The notes under the pieces: generated by a model
What the model was told of the DNA's origin: nothing
Seen by the model: the letters and a program-made list of their open reading frames with translations, nothing else
The model's database searches: none
In this document: one piece after another, positions 31,723 to 40,962 of the stretch
Numbering within the stretch: position 1 is the stretch's first letter
Layout: every line of letters begins with the position of its first letter
Assembly (NCBI GenBank): GCA_965223345.1
Contig: CBDCWG010000012.1
Coordinates: forward strand, 2,400,001-2,464,000
Length of the DNA: 64,000 nt
Reading direction: 5' to 3'
DNA from: Nitrospinales bacterium
Lineage (GTDB): Bacteria; Nitrospinota; Nitrospinia; Nitrospinales; VA-1
Position numbers and translations under genes: made by a program

Positions 31723-34716
31723 GTGAAGGTTCTTTCTCCTGAAGATCGCGATCAGGTTCGGCAAATTGTATTGAATGCCAGTGAACCCATTGCGCCGTTC
31801 TGGCCGATGCGGACCATGGTCGCGCAGAACCCCATTCATGGACTGGAATATCTGCCGTTTGATCAGGCTGTTCGAAAAGGCAAGGATCTGCTGGGTGGAA
31901 ACGGGTATCTCGCGAATGAGGAGTATCGTCAATTTTACCGGAATGGCCGTATAACCAAAGAAAGTTTTGAGCGCGCTTTTGCCAGGATCGGGCCTCGCCC
32001 GGATGGGCAAGCTCCTGTTGAAGTTGGAAGCCGCAAGGTGATCCCGGAAGATGTTTGGCGACTGCACGTGCTTTTTGGTTTCGAGGAATTGCCGCTGTCC
32101 CTTTTGGAATGGGAGTTGAGCGGTGGTGGCGCGACAAAACGGTTTCGGCAGGATCTTCCCGGGGAATCTCAAAAACGGATCATTGAACGAACCCTCAAAG
32201 AACATAAGTCGTATCGGGAGAATCCGGAAGAGGCCTGCCTGACGAATCTGTGGGAGAGTGTGCTGGCCATCTTCGGGCTGTCTGATAATTCTGCTTCATC
32301 GCAAAACCCTGAGTATTCGCAACCATCTGCGCGCATTTCCTTGCCGCCTCAACGGACCCTCAGCGACTGGATCGATGATTTGACTGAAGGCGAGGTGGTC
32401 GAGCAAATCAATGATCAACTCATCAAATGGGTGACGGCGTTCCTCGATGAAGGGTTGGCTGGCTGGGAAATGCCTGGCCGAAGAGAAGGTTTCTACCAGG
32501 TGTGGCGGAACCTGGCGCAGAAAGATTTTTCGGGGAAGTTTCTCGGGATTGCCGGTTTCGCCCAAAAGGTTCGCAGCCTTCCTGAAGCTCCAGAGGACGC
32601 GATCCGTTCCAGCCTGCAGCAGCTCGAAATTCCCCAGGAACAATGGAAGGATTATCTCTCGAGGCAACTGTCCTCATTGCCAGGCTGGACGCGATACATA
32701 CGGTGGCTTGGGGAACACCCGTCCTACCATGCGCAACACAAGCACCCCATCGATACCACCCAGTATCTGGCTGTACGTTTGTTCTATGAAGTGGAGTTGG
32801 CCCACATCAAGTGCCAGCAAGAATGGGGAATCGACGGGACGGTTTCCGCCCTGACCGCCTACTGGAATGATCGGCCCGAAGAATACCACCGGCAAACCGG
32901 GCGTGCAGGGCAATCTGATGATCCAGCCAAACAGGCAGTGTGTCAACATGCCTGGCGGTTGTTCCACTTGGCGCAGTTTCTTGAGTTGTCTCCTGGAGAC
33001 GTTCGCGATCTCTCGCTCGCGGATGCCCGGAAGTTGCTGCAATGGCTGGATCGTTTTCCTTCCGATCAGCATGGACGGGTGTGGATTGAGGCGTACGAAG
33101 AGTCCTTTCGAGAGAAGATGCTGAGAAATATTTCAGCCCATCGTGGAACGGTGCCCGAACTGGAAACGCGTCCGCATGCACAACTGGTCTTCTGTATAGA
33201 CGTGCGTTCTGAATCTTTCCGCCGCCAGATCGAAGCCCGGGGTTCCTATGAGACCTTCGGGTTTGCAGGGTTTTTTGGCATTCCACTCAGTCATCAGGAT
33301 TTCGATTGTGATCAACGTACCTTTTTGTGTCCGGTGTTGTTGACTCCCGACCATGCGGTTACGGAAACACCGCGGCCGGGAGAAAGCGCGGCGTTGGAAA
33401 AATATGCTTCCGGTACTCGCTGGCAGCTTCTGGGGCGCCATCTTTTTCACGATCTGAAGCATCATCCTGTCGGGTCGATGATGGTGATCGATGTGCTGGG
33501 GTTTTTTTTCAGTCTGGGGCTGGTGGGCAAGACTTTGTTCCAAAAAACATTCCGTTCAATCACTTCTGCTGTTCAGGGCTGGTTGACGCACCGGGTTCCA
33601 ACCCGGATCGCAATAGCCACGCCATCGGACCCTGAAAATCCTAAGGCCGGAGAAGTGAATGCGGATGGGATTCCTGACGGGCTTTCCCGGGGATTCTCTC
33701 TTTCGGAACGGGCGGCATTTATCGAGAATGGTTTGAGGGCTATGGGGCTCACCCAAAATTTTGCGCGGTTGGTGTGCCTTTGCGGTCACGGGAGTGAGAC
33801 GGACAACAACCCCTATTACGGGGCATTGGATTGCGGGGCTTGCGGGGGAAGACCGGGCGATGCCAATGCGCGGGTATTTGCCGCCATGGCGAATGAACCT
33901 GAAGTTCGCCGCATTCTCAAGGAAAATGGATTGCCGATTCCCGATGACACCTGGTTTCTTCCGGGGAAACACAACACGACGACGGATCGGGTCACGTTTT
34001 ACGATCTGGAGGAGTTGCCGGATTCGCATAAGGAAGATTTACGGGCGTTGAACAGGGATCTCGAAAAAGCGGGTGCGAAGCAAGCGCTTGAGCGATGCCA
34101 TCGCATTCCCCGTGCTCCGGCTGAAATCTCTCCAGAACAGGCTTTTGCTCATGTGGATGAACGCAGTTGCGATTGGGCGAATACCCGGCCGGAATGGGGA
34201 TTGGCGGGCAATGGAGCGTTTATCATTGGAAGGCGGAAACTGACCAAAGGATTGGATCTGGGCGGCCGGGCTTTTTTGCATTCTTACGATCCGATTGCGG
34301 ATCCTCAAGGCGCCATCCTCGAAAAAATCATGACCGCACCCTTGATTGTCGGCGAGTGGATCAGTACGGGTTATTATTTTTCTGCGGTGGATCCATGGGC
34401 GTATGGAAGCGGGAGTAAGGTGCTGCACAATGTCGTCGGGGGGGTCGGGATGATGCTGGGAAGCCAAAGCGATTTGCAAATGGGATTCCCCTTGCAAACC
34501 GTCAATAACGGCGACACGCACTATCATGAACCGATGCGTCTCCTGGCGATGATCGAACAGACGCCGGGTGTGATCTCATCTGTCATTGAAAAACACTCGA
34601 TCCTGCAACAGTTGTTTCATAACCAATGGCTCAATCTTGTTGCCCTGGATCCCCATACAGGTGAGATTCATCGGTACAATCCGGATGCGACGTGGGAAAC
34701 GGTTGCTGTTTCCTGA
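31723..34716 (+). CDS. dabA: DabA / DUF2309 beta-carbonic-anhydrase-like subunit, copy 2
   Basis: WP...VAQNPIHGLE, FCIDVRSE, CGHGS, LDCGACGG, RPEWGL, HEPMRL; start codon uncertain (GTG). Confidence 0.92.
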   Translation: MKVLSPEDRDQVRQIVLNASEPIAPFWPMRTMVAQNPIHGLEYLPFDQAVRKGKDLLGGNGYLANEEYRQFYRNGRITKESFERAFARIGPRPDGQAPVEVGSRKVIPEDVWRLHVLFGFEELPLSLLEWELSGGGATKRFRQDLPGESQKRIIERTLKEHKSYRENPEEACLTNLWESVLAIFGLSDNSASSQNPEYSQPSARISLPPQRTLSDWIDDLTEGEVVEQINDQLIKWVTAFLDEGLAGWEMPGRREGFYQVWRNLAQKDFSGKFLGIAGFAQKVRSLPEAPEDAIRSSLQQLEIPQEQWKDYLSRQLSSLPGWTRYIRWLGEHPSYHAQHKHPIDTTQYLAVRLFYEVELAHIKCQQEWGIDGTVSALTAYWNDRPEEYHRQTGRAGQSDDPAKQAVCQHAWRLFHLAQFLELSPGDVRDLSLADARKLLQWLDRFPSDQHGRVWIEAYEESFREKMLRNISAHRGTVPELETRPHAQLVFCIDVRSESFRRQIEARGSYETFGFAGFFGIPLSHQDFDCDQRTFLCPVLLTPDHAVTETPRPGESAALEKYASGTRWQLLGRHLFHDLKHHPVGSMMVIDVLGFFFSLGLVGKTLFQKTFRSITSAVQGWLTHRVPTRIAIATPSDPENPKAGEVNADGIPDGLSRGFSLSERAAFIENGLRAMGLTQNFARLVCLCGHGSETDNNPYYGALDCGACGGRPGDANARVFAAMANEPEVRRILKENGLPIPDDTWFLPGKHNTTTDRVTFYDLEELPDSHKEDLRALNRDLEKAGAKQALERCHRIPRAPAEISPEQAFAHVDERSCDWANTRPEWGLAGNGAFIIGRRKLTKGLDLGGRAFLHSYDPIADPQGAILEKIMTAPLIVGEWISTGYYFSAVDPWAYGSGSKVLHNVVGGVGMMLGSQSDLQMGFPLQTVNNGDTHYHEPMRLLAMIEQTPGVISSVIEKHSILQQLFHNQWLNLVALDPHTGEIHRYNPDATWETVAVS

Positions 34717-34849
34717 TCGTGCATTCATTGAATACAGGCGCTTGGACTTTTATAGGAATACGGGTGTTTCATTATAAGTTTACGGCTGATTTTTGAGGAA
34801 TCATCGAAAATGCTGAGGCTCTGAAGTCATACCCGTAGTTGAAAATTTT

Positions 34850-35356
34850 ATGGCAACTCAATCAAGGCCCCTATCGCCAGCACTCTTTTTTTTGAAAACC
34901 ATGGCGCTGTTTGTGTTTTGGGTTTGTTTGTCTGCCAGTTTTGAATGGATTCATCTTGGTTTGGGGCTTGTTTTTTCCTTTGCCGTGGCCTGGATCAACT
35001 CCGACCATTCACCGTTTGTTCCGAAGGTTCGTTTGTGGTTCAAAATCCTGCTTTACCTTCCCTGGCTTTTTTATAAAATCATTCAAAGCAGCCTGCATTT
35101 GTCCAGGCTCATTCTGCACCCCGCGCTTCCCATTGCTCCTCAGTTGATCTCTGTCGAATCAAAACTGCATCACCATGCTGCCGTTGTTCTTTTCGGTAAT
35201 TCCATTACGTTGACCCCTGGAACCATTACCGCGGAGGTGGACCGTAATAAACTCATTGTTCACGCAATCGATAACGTTTCAAGGGACGATATTGCAAGCA
35301 GGGATATGGAAATGAAAATTGCTGATATTTTTAAGGACGAAGATCCGGATTTATGA
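34850..35356 (+). CDS. mrpE: Mrp/Mnh antiporter subunit E
   Basis: NSITLTPGTIT, L.VHA. Confidence 0.9.
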   Translation: MATQSRPLSPALFFLKTMALFVFWVCLSASFEWIHLGLGLVFSFAVAWINSDHSPFVPKVRLWFKILLYLPWLFYKIIQSSLHLSRLILHPALPIAPQLISVESKLHHHAAVVLFGNSITLTPGTITAEVDRNKLIVHAIDNVSRDDIASRDMEMKIADIFKDEDPDL

Positions 35357-35619
35357 AAACTTTTCTTTTCTGCGTTCTGGTGTTGCTGGTTTTTCTCATT
35401 GGCGCGTATCTGTACCGTGTCCTGCAGGGTCCCACCATTTTTGATCGTGTGTTGGGCCTCAATGGCATTTCCACCAAGGCCATTATTTTGCTTATTGTCA
35501 TTGGACTTTATTTTGAACGCGTGGATATGTTTGTTGATATCTCGACCGGGTATGCCCTGCTGAATTCAGTCGGAGCGCTCGCCGTGGCCAAATATCTGGA
35601 GCAAAAGGGACTTCCTTAA
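35353..35619 (+). CDS. mrpF: Mrp/Mnh subunit F
   Basis: YRV..GPT.FDRVL; 3 TM segments. Confidence 0.9.
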   Translation: MKTFLFCVLVLLVFLIGAYLYRVLQGPTIFDRVLGLNGISTKAIILLIVIGLYFERVDMFVDISTGYALLNSVGALAVAKYLEQKGLP

Positions 35620-35620
35620 C

Positions 35621-35920
35621 ATGGACATACTTTCCATTGTTTTCATCGTAGCGGGGCTGTTTTTTCTGATCGTTGCCGCGATTGGCGTGATTCGACTGCC
35701 CGATGTGTTCAGCCGTTCTCACGCCGTATCACTGACAGACTCCTTGGGGGCTTTATTGATGTTGGTGGGAATCGCCCTGCATGAGGGGCTGGGTAAAAAT
35801 ATGCTGAAAATTCTGGTGGTGCTGGCCTTGCTGTATATTCTGAATCCAGTCATAGCGCATGCCACCGTTCGCGCAGCTCTCCGGTCCGGCTTGAAACCCT
35901 GGAAGAAGGAAACATCATGA
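35621..35920 (+). CDS. mrpG: Mrp/Mnh subunit G
   Basis: G..RLPD.FSR.HA, NPV.AH. Confidence 0.9.
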   Translation: MDILSIVFIVAGLFFLIVAAIGVIRLPDVFSRSHAVSLTDSLGALLMLVGIALHEGLGKNMLKILVVLALLYILNPVIAHATVRAALRSGLKPWKKETS

Positions 35921-36444
35921 TCATTGCCTATGAAATTCCTTTACTCCTTCTTCTGCTCGTCACCGCCGCCGGCGCCATCCTGGTTAAGGATTTGATGAGT
36001 GCCGTCCTGCTCCTGGGTTCTTATAGTTTTTGCCTGGCGCTGGTATGGGCATGGCTCGGGGCTGTGGATGTCGCCTTCGTGGAAGCCGTCGTGGGAGCCG
36101 GGTTGGCGACGGTTCTGTTTCTATTGACTCTATTCGGGACTGCTGCCAAAGACACACGGCTTCGGCGGCCGCCTCCTTCTCTGGTGACGTTGATCGGTTT
36201 TCCTCTCTTGGGAGTGCTTCTGCTCTATGCCGCGAGCGATCTTCCTGGATATGGGGACCCGAATTCTCCGGCGAATGTTCATATTTCGCCGGCCTATATC
36301 GAGCAGAGCTATAAGGATACCCACACGCCGAATGTAGTGACTTCGGTGCTGATGGACTATCGCTCGCTGGATACGATGATCGAAACCGTGGTGATTTTTG
36401 CGTCGGGCATCGCTTGTGCTTTGCTGCTCAGGAGACAACCCTAA
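35917..36444 (+). CDS. DUF4040 + MnhB N-terminal subunit (MbhD/E-like)
   Basis: A.DVAF.EA.VGAG and PNVVT.VL.DYR.LDT..E. Confidence 0.85.
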   Translation: MIIAYEIPLLLLLLVTAAGAILVKDLMSAVLLLGSYSFCLALVWAWLGAVDVAFVEAVVGAGLATVLFLLTLFGTAAKDTRLRRPPPSLVTLIGFPLLGVLLLYAASDLPGYGDPNSPANVHISPAYIEQSYKDTHTPNVVTSVLMDYRSLDTMIETVVIFASGIACALLLRRQP

Positions 36445-36896
36445 TGATACGCCCACACGAAAGCATGATCGTACAGGCCTTAGGCGACATTCTCATCCCG
36501 ATGGTCCAGATTTTTGGCTTGTATGTGTTGTTCTTTGGGCAATACGGACCCGGGGGAGGCTTTGTGGGCGGGGTGATTCTGGGCACGGGGATGATCGTGT
36601 CGATTTTGATTTTCGGTCACGACGCTTCCCGGTCTGATTTTGCCAAAACGGTTCTGCATGGCGATGGGGTCGGAATGCTGATCTATGCGGGGGTGGGTGG
36701 CTTGTGCATGATTGGCGGTGGAGAATTCCTCAATTATGCGGATTTGGACATCCCGGGTCTGGAACCTGCTTCTAGACGATTTCTGGGGATCCTGCTCACG
36801 CAAATCGGTGTGGCGGTCGATGTTGCGGTGACCGCCGTTTCTATTGTGTTCAGCTTGTCTGCTGAGGAGATTATCGAGGATTCAATCAATGGTTGA
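36444..36896 (+). CDS. mrpB: Mrp/Mnh subunit B (MbhF-like)
   Basis: G..GPGGGF.GG motif; start coupled to upstream stop (TAATG). Confidence 0.85.
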   Translation: MIRPHESMIVQALGDILIPMVQIFGLYVLFFGQYGPGGGFVGGVILGTGMIVSILIFGHDASRSDFAKTVLHGDGVGMLIYAGVGGLCMIGGGEFLNYADLDIPGLEPASRRFLGILLTQIGVAVDVAVTAVSIVFSLSAEEIIEDSING

Positions 36897-37266
36897 TGTG
36901 TTTTTCGCGGTTATTCAGCGGCCCAACTTTTTGACCTTTGTCATCCTGTTTCTGTGGGGCTTTTACATCATGGTCACGCGATACAATCTCGTGAAGAAAC
37001 TCATCGGGATGTATCTGGTGCAAACCAGCGTGATTTATTTTCTGGTGTCCATCAGTGCGAAGAAGGGCGCGACGGTTCCCGTGCTCCTGTCAACCACGGA
37101 GCCGGTGCAGGCGGCCAGCTACGCGAATCCGTTGCCTCATGTCTTGACGCTGACCGCTATTGTGGTCGGCGTGGCGACCCTGGGCGTGGGGTTGGCTCTG
37201 TGCGCGGCGATCTATCGAGAATATGGGAGCCTTGACGAACAAGAAATTCTTGAAAAACTAGAATGA
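36889..37266 (+). CDS. mrpC: Mrp/Mnh subunit C
   Basis: NL.KKLIG, NPLPHVLTLTAIVVG. Confidence 0.9.
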   Translation: MVDVFFAVIQRPNFLTFVILFLWGFYIMVTRYNLVKKLIGMYLVQTSVIYFLVSISAKKGATVPVLLSTTEPVQAASYANPLPHVLTLTAIVVGVATLGVGLALCAAIYREYGSLDEQEILEKLE

Positions 37267-38732
37267 GTCACCAACTTCCCGCAATCGTATTCCTTCTCCC
37301 ATTGTTTGCCGCTATTTCCATGCCCGTGATTTGTCTGAAACACCGTCATTGGAGCCAGCCGATTTCCGTGGCGATTCTCGTGGCTATGGTGGTGGTCTCT
37401 GTTTTGAATCTCTATAACGTGATTCAGTATGGAGAAGTGCGGTATGAGTTCAGCGGGTGGACTGCGCCCCTCGGCATTGAGTGGGTGGCCGATGGATTGG
37501 CGAGTGTCATCCTGGTGTTGTTGAGTGTCCTGGGTTTGCTGGGCGTGGTGTTCACCGGACCCACTTCCCCAAAGGCTCTCGGTCGCCGCATCGTTCATTA
37601 TTACACCTTGATTTTGTTGTTGGTGTCCGCCTTTACCGGCATTGTATTCGCCCGGGACTTGTTCAATTTGTTCGTGTTTTTTGAAGTGGCTGCGATCTCG
37701 AGTTACGCCCTGGTTGGTTTCGCCGGCGGCAGAGCGCTGTTTGCAGCCTTTCGCTATCTTATATTGGGGACCCTCGGTTCTTTTCTTTACCTTTTAGGGG
37801 TGAGCTATCTCTATGCGGTCTGCGGCACGCTGAATATGGCGGATATCGCCGAAAAACTTCCCTTTTTGCTGGGCTCCAAAGCTCTGCTAGGGGGACTTCT
37901 TTTCATGTTTATCGGCCTGGCGATCAAGATGGCCCTGGTGCCGTTTCATGCCTGGTTGCCCGAGGCCTATACCTATGCCCATGAGTCCATTGCCCCGATC
38001 CTGGCTTCACTGGTCACCAAACTGGCGTTGCTGGTGTGGGTCCGAATCATCTATTGGGTCTTTAATGCGTCCGTTGATATTTATAATATTCCGATTTTGC
38101 AACTGGTGGAAGTCATTGGAGCCTTGGCCGCGGTCATAGGCGCCAGTCTGGCCCTGGCCCAGCGGGACATTAAAATGATATTCGCGTATGGCGGGATTTC
38201 GCATATCGGCATCATTCTTATTGGAATCGGCCAGGGAAACCAAACCGGGTATGTCGGTGGCGTGTTTTATTTATTGAACGACGCCGTTATGCAGGCTGGC
38301 TTGTTTTTTTTAGCGGGTGTGGCGTTTTGTCATTATGGGGTCAGAACGATTGAAGACATGGGGCACGTCGGGAAACAAGCCCCATGGCTCACCGGGTCTT
38401 TGATTGTTGTGGCCCTGGGCATGATTGGCCTGCCGCCGACGGGCGGGTTTTTTGGCAAATGGTACATCATTCTTGGAGCGCTGGAAGCTGGCAATTATAT
38501 TTCGGTCGTTGCGGTGGTGCTCTCCACGCTCCTCACGCTTGCCTATTTCGTCAAGCTGTTTGAGGCCATTTCCCGCCAACCCTCGACCGGATTGGACGTC
38601 CAGACCAGTATCATTCCCTTCCCATTCAAGCTGACTCTGGGAGTCACGTCCGCAGCGATCATGATTCTTGGTTTGCTCAGTTCTCCCATTATTCAACTGT
38701 TGTTGAGCCAGGCTCTGCCACCGCGTCTCTGA
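37263..38732 (+). CDS. mrpD: Mrp/Mnh subunit D
   Basis: GW.AP.GIE, DLFNLFVFFE, IKMALVPFH.WLP.AY, GLPP..GF.GKW. Confidence 0.88.
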   Translation: MSHQLPAIVFLLPLFAAISMPVICLKHRHWSQPISVAILVAMVVVSVLNLYNVIQYGEVRYEFSGWTAPLGIEWVADGLASVILVLLSVLGLLGVVFTGPTSPKALGRRIVHYYTLILLLVSAFTGIVFARDLFNLFVFFEVAAISSYALVGFAGGRALFAAFRYLILGTLGSFLYLLGVSYLYAVCGTLNMADIAEKLPFLLGSKALLGGLLFMFIGLAIKMALVPFHAWLPEAYTYAHESIAPILASLVTKLALLVWVRIIYWVFNASVDIYNIPILQLVEVIGALAAVIGASLALAQRDIKMIFAYGGISHIGIILIGIGQGNQTGYVGGVFYLLNDAVMQAGLFFLAGVAFCHYGVRTIEDMGHVGKQAPWLTGSLIVVALGMIGLPPTGGFFGKWYIILGALEAGNYISVVAVVLSTLLTLAYFVKLFEAISRQPSTGLDVQTSIIPFPFKLTLGVTSAAIMILGLLSSPIIQLLLSQALPPRL

Positions 38733-38740
38733 GGGAAATC

Positions 38741-40843
38741 ATGGCCATTTTCGCCCTCATTCCTTTGCTCCCCCTCCTGGCTTCTCTCATTCTTCTGCTT
38801 GGGGGACGCCGTTGGGGCGAGAACGGTCACCGGATCGGGATTCCCGCCATCGGCCTGTCCTTTCTGTTATCCGTCGCCGCTTTCGTTGAAGTGTTGAGAA
38901 ATGGACCCTTCACCCTTTCTCTTTATCGCCTGTTTCAATCGGGTTCTTTGATCATTGATTTGACGCTGTACGTGGACCCGCTGACGGTTCTGCTCTTGCT
39001 CCTGGTGACAGGAGTGAGCGGGGTGGTGCATGTGTATTCCTCTCGCTACATGATCGGGGAGTCGCGCTACAATCGTTTTTTCGCCGTCATTGCCTTGTTT
39101 ACGTTTTCCATGATTCTGCTGGTCATGAGCGGCAACCTTCTGATTTTGCTGATCAATTGGGAAGTCATGGGGATCTGTTCCTATTTGCTGATTTCTCACG
39201 CAGCGGAACGAACTTCCGCGTCCCGGGCAGCCACCAAGGCTTTTCTCGTTAATGCGATCGCGGATGTCGGATTGAGTTTTGGCATCATTCTGACCTTTTA
39301 TACCTTCGGCACACTCGATATCCAGACGATTCTCAGCCAGGCTGAAGGCATGCAGGACCATACCATCAATATCCTGGCGTGGACGGGCCTGGATCTTCAT
39401 ATCTACCCTGTGACGCTGATTCCCTTCCTGCTCTTCATCGGGGCGATGGGAAAATCGGCGCAAATACCGTTCCATGTGTGGTTGCCCTTTGCGATGGAAG
39501 CGCCGACTCCGGTGTCGGCGCTCATTCATGCAGCTACCATGGTGAATGCAGGGCCTTTTTTGCTGGTGCGATTGAGTCCGCTGATCATGCTTTCTCCGTT
39601 CGCCATGACGTTCATTTTCTTCATTGGCGCCGCTACCGCGGTGTTTGCCGGGATCGTTTCTTTGACTCAATCGGACATCAAAAAGATTCTGGCCTATTCC
39701 ACAATCAGTCAAATCGGGTTCATGGTCATGGCCTGTGGTTTGGGCGCGTTTGCGGTCGCGATTTTCCATCTTCTCGCGCACGGATGCTACAAAGCGTTCT
39801 TTTTTCTGTCCACCGGCAATGCGTTGCGATCCGTGGAGCAGGACCTCGGGCATGCTCATCCTGAACACCCTGTCTCTGAGGGCATGGGGGTTTTGTATGG
39901 CGGGGCCTTGTTGCTGGCGTTGCTGCCGCCGCTGGTGCTGTTTTCCGGGTCGTATGAATATCTGTGGGGCGTTACCGGATTTGCTTCTGCAACGATCGGG
40001 TTCAAAATCATTGGCCTGATCACGGTGTTTGTGGCTGCTCAATATCTTTTCAAAGGCGTCACCTCGCTTTTTGCTCACGGTCCAAAGACGTACTGGCCCG
40101 CTTCCGGACAGCAGGGTCAGGAGACGCATTCTGTGCGGCCGCAGCTTTTAAACGGCTCCATTTTAACGGGTCTTTTTCTGGCTACGGTGATTGCAGGTGG
40201 GCTGTTGACTCTGTTTTGGAGCGGGTTCGCCAACTTTCTGGCTCCGGCTTTGACCTTGTCAGAAGTCCCGTTGGGCGAAGGCGCCGCCGGGCCGGGCTTT
40301 TCTTTCTGGCTAGTGGTGGCTCTCGGTGTGGCCGTCGCCGGGTGGGCCTATGCCTACTCAACGCAGATTCGACCTCAACATCGGGTCTCCAGAGCCAGCG
40401 AGAGAAGCGATCGGCTGTATGTCCTGTTCTGGAATAAAGGGTATTTCGATGAGATCTATAATGCCTATCTGGTCACCCCGACCATTCGCATCGCACACTG
40501 GTTGTGGCGAAATATCGATATTAGGATCATAGACCGTTTCGTCAATTCTATCGCAACTTATACGGTGCATTTAGCAAGGTGGTTGTGGCGATTTGTTGAT
40601 ATCAGGCTTGTGGATCGTTTCATCTATCATATAGCGACTTATTCCGTTAACTTAGCCGGGTGGTTGTTTCGAGTTGTCGATGTTCGCTGGTTGGAGCGGA
40701 AAGTCGGAAAAGTAGCGGGGCAGGTAAACGCTGCGGGGAAATTGCTGCAGGGGGTGGAATCCCGTACCATCCAGCATCAATTATTGGTGATGGTGTTTTG
40801 GTTGGGGGCGATGACGGGACTGTTGTATTTCCTGGTTCAATGA
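38741..40843 (+). CDS. NuoL/MrpA/DabB-like subunit with extended C-terminal lateral helix
   Basis: WE.MG, GKSAQ.PFHVWLP.AMEAPTPVSALIHAATMV, NK.YFDE.Y, final TM helix. Confidence 0.85.
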   Translation: MAIFALIPLLPLLASLILLLGGRRWGENGHRIGIPAIGLSFLLSVAAFVEVLRNGPFTLSLYRLFQSGSLIIDLTLYVDPLTVLLLLLVTGVSGVVHVYSSRYMIGESRYNRFFAVIALFTFSMILLVMSGNLLILLINWEVMGICSYLLISHAAERTSASRAATKAFLVNAIADVGLSFGIILTFYTFGTLDIQTILSQAEGMQDHTINILAWTGLDLHIYPVTLIPFLLFIGAMGKSAQIPFHVWLPFAMEAPTPVSALIHAATMVNAGPFLLVRLSPLIMLSPFAMTFIFFIGAATAVFAGIVSLTQSDIKKILAYSTISQIGFMVMACGLGAFAVAIFHLLAHGCYKAFFFLSTGNALRSVEQDLGHAHPEHPVSEGMGVLYGGALLLALLPPLVLFSGSYEYLWGVTGFASATIGFKIIGLITVFVAAQYLFKGVTSLFAHGPKTYWPASGQQGQETHSVRPQLLNGSILTGLFLATVIAGGLLTLFWSGFANFLAPALTLSEVPLGEGAAGPGFSFWLVVALGVAVAGWAYAYSTQIRPQHRVSRASERSDRLYVLFWNKGYFDEIYNAYLVTPTIRIAHWLWRNIDIRIIDRFVNSIATYTVHLARWLWRFVDIRLVDRFIYHIATYSVNLAGWLFRVVDVRWLERKVGKVAGQVNAAGKLLQGVESRTIQHQLLVMVFWLGAMTGLLYFLVQ
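40490..40732 (+). repeat. Three imperfect 81-nt (27-aa) tandem repeats in the lateral helix
   Basis: IAHWLWRNIDIRIIDRFVNSIATYTVH / LARWLWRFVDIRLVDRFIYHIATYSVN / LAGWLFRVVDVRWLERKVGKVAGQVNA. Confidence 0.85.
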
Positions 40844-40962
40844 GTTCCCAATTTGTATCCTTCATTTTAAAAAAATCTGGTTGAGAATGGCTCTGGATGA
40901 TTATTCTCAGGCTAACTTGACAGGCGGGATTTTGTTTCTCTCATAGCAAGGGGAGTTCTTCA

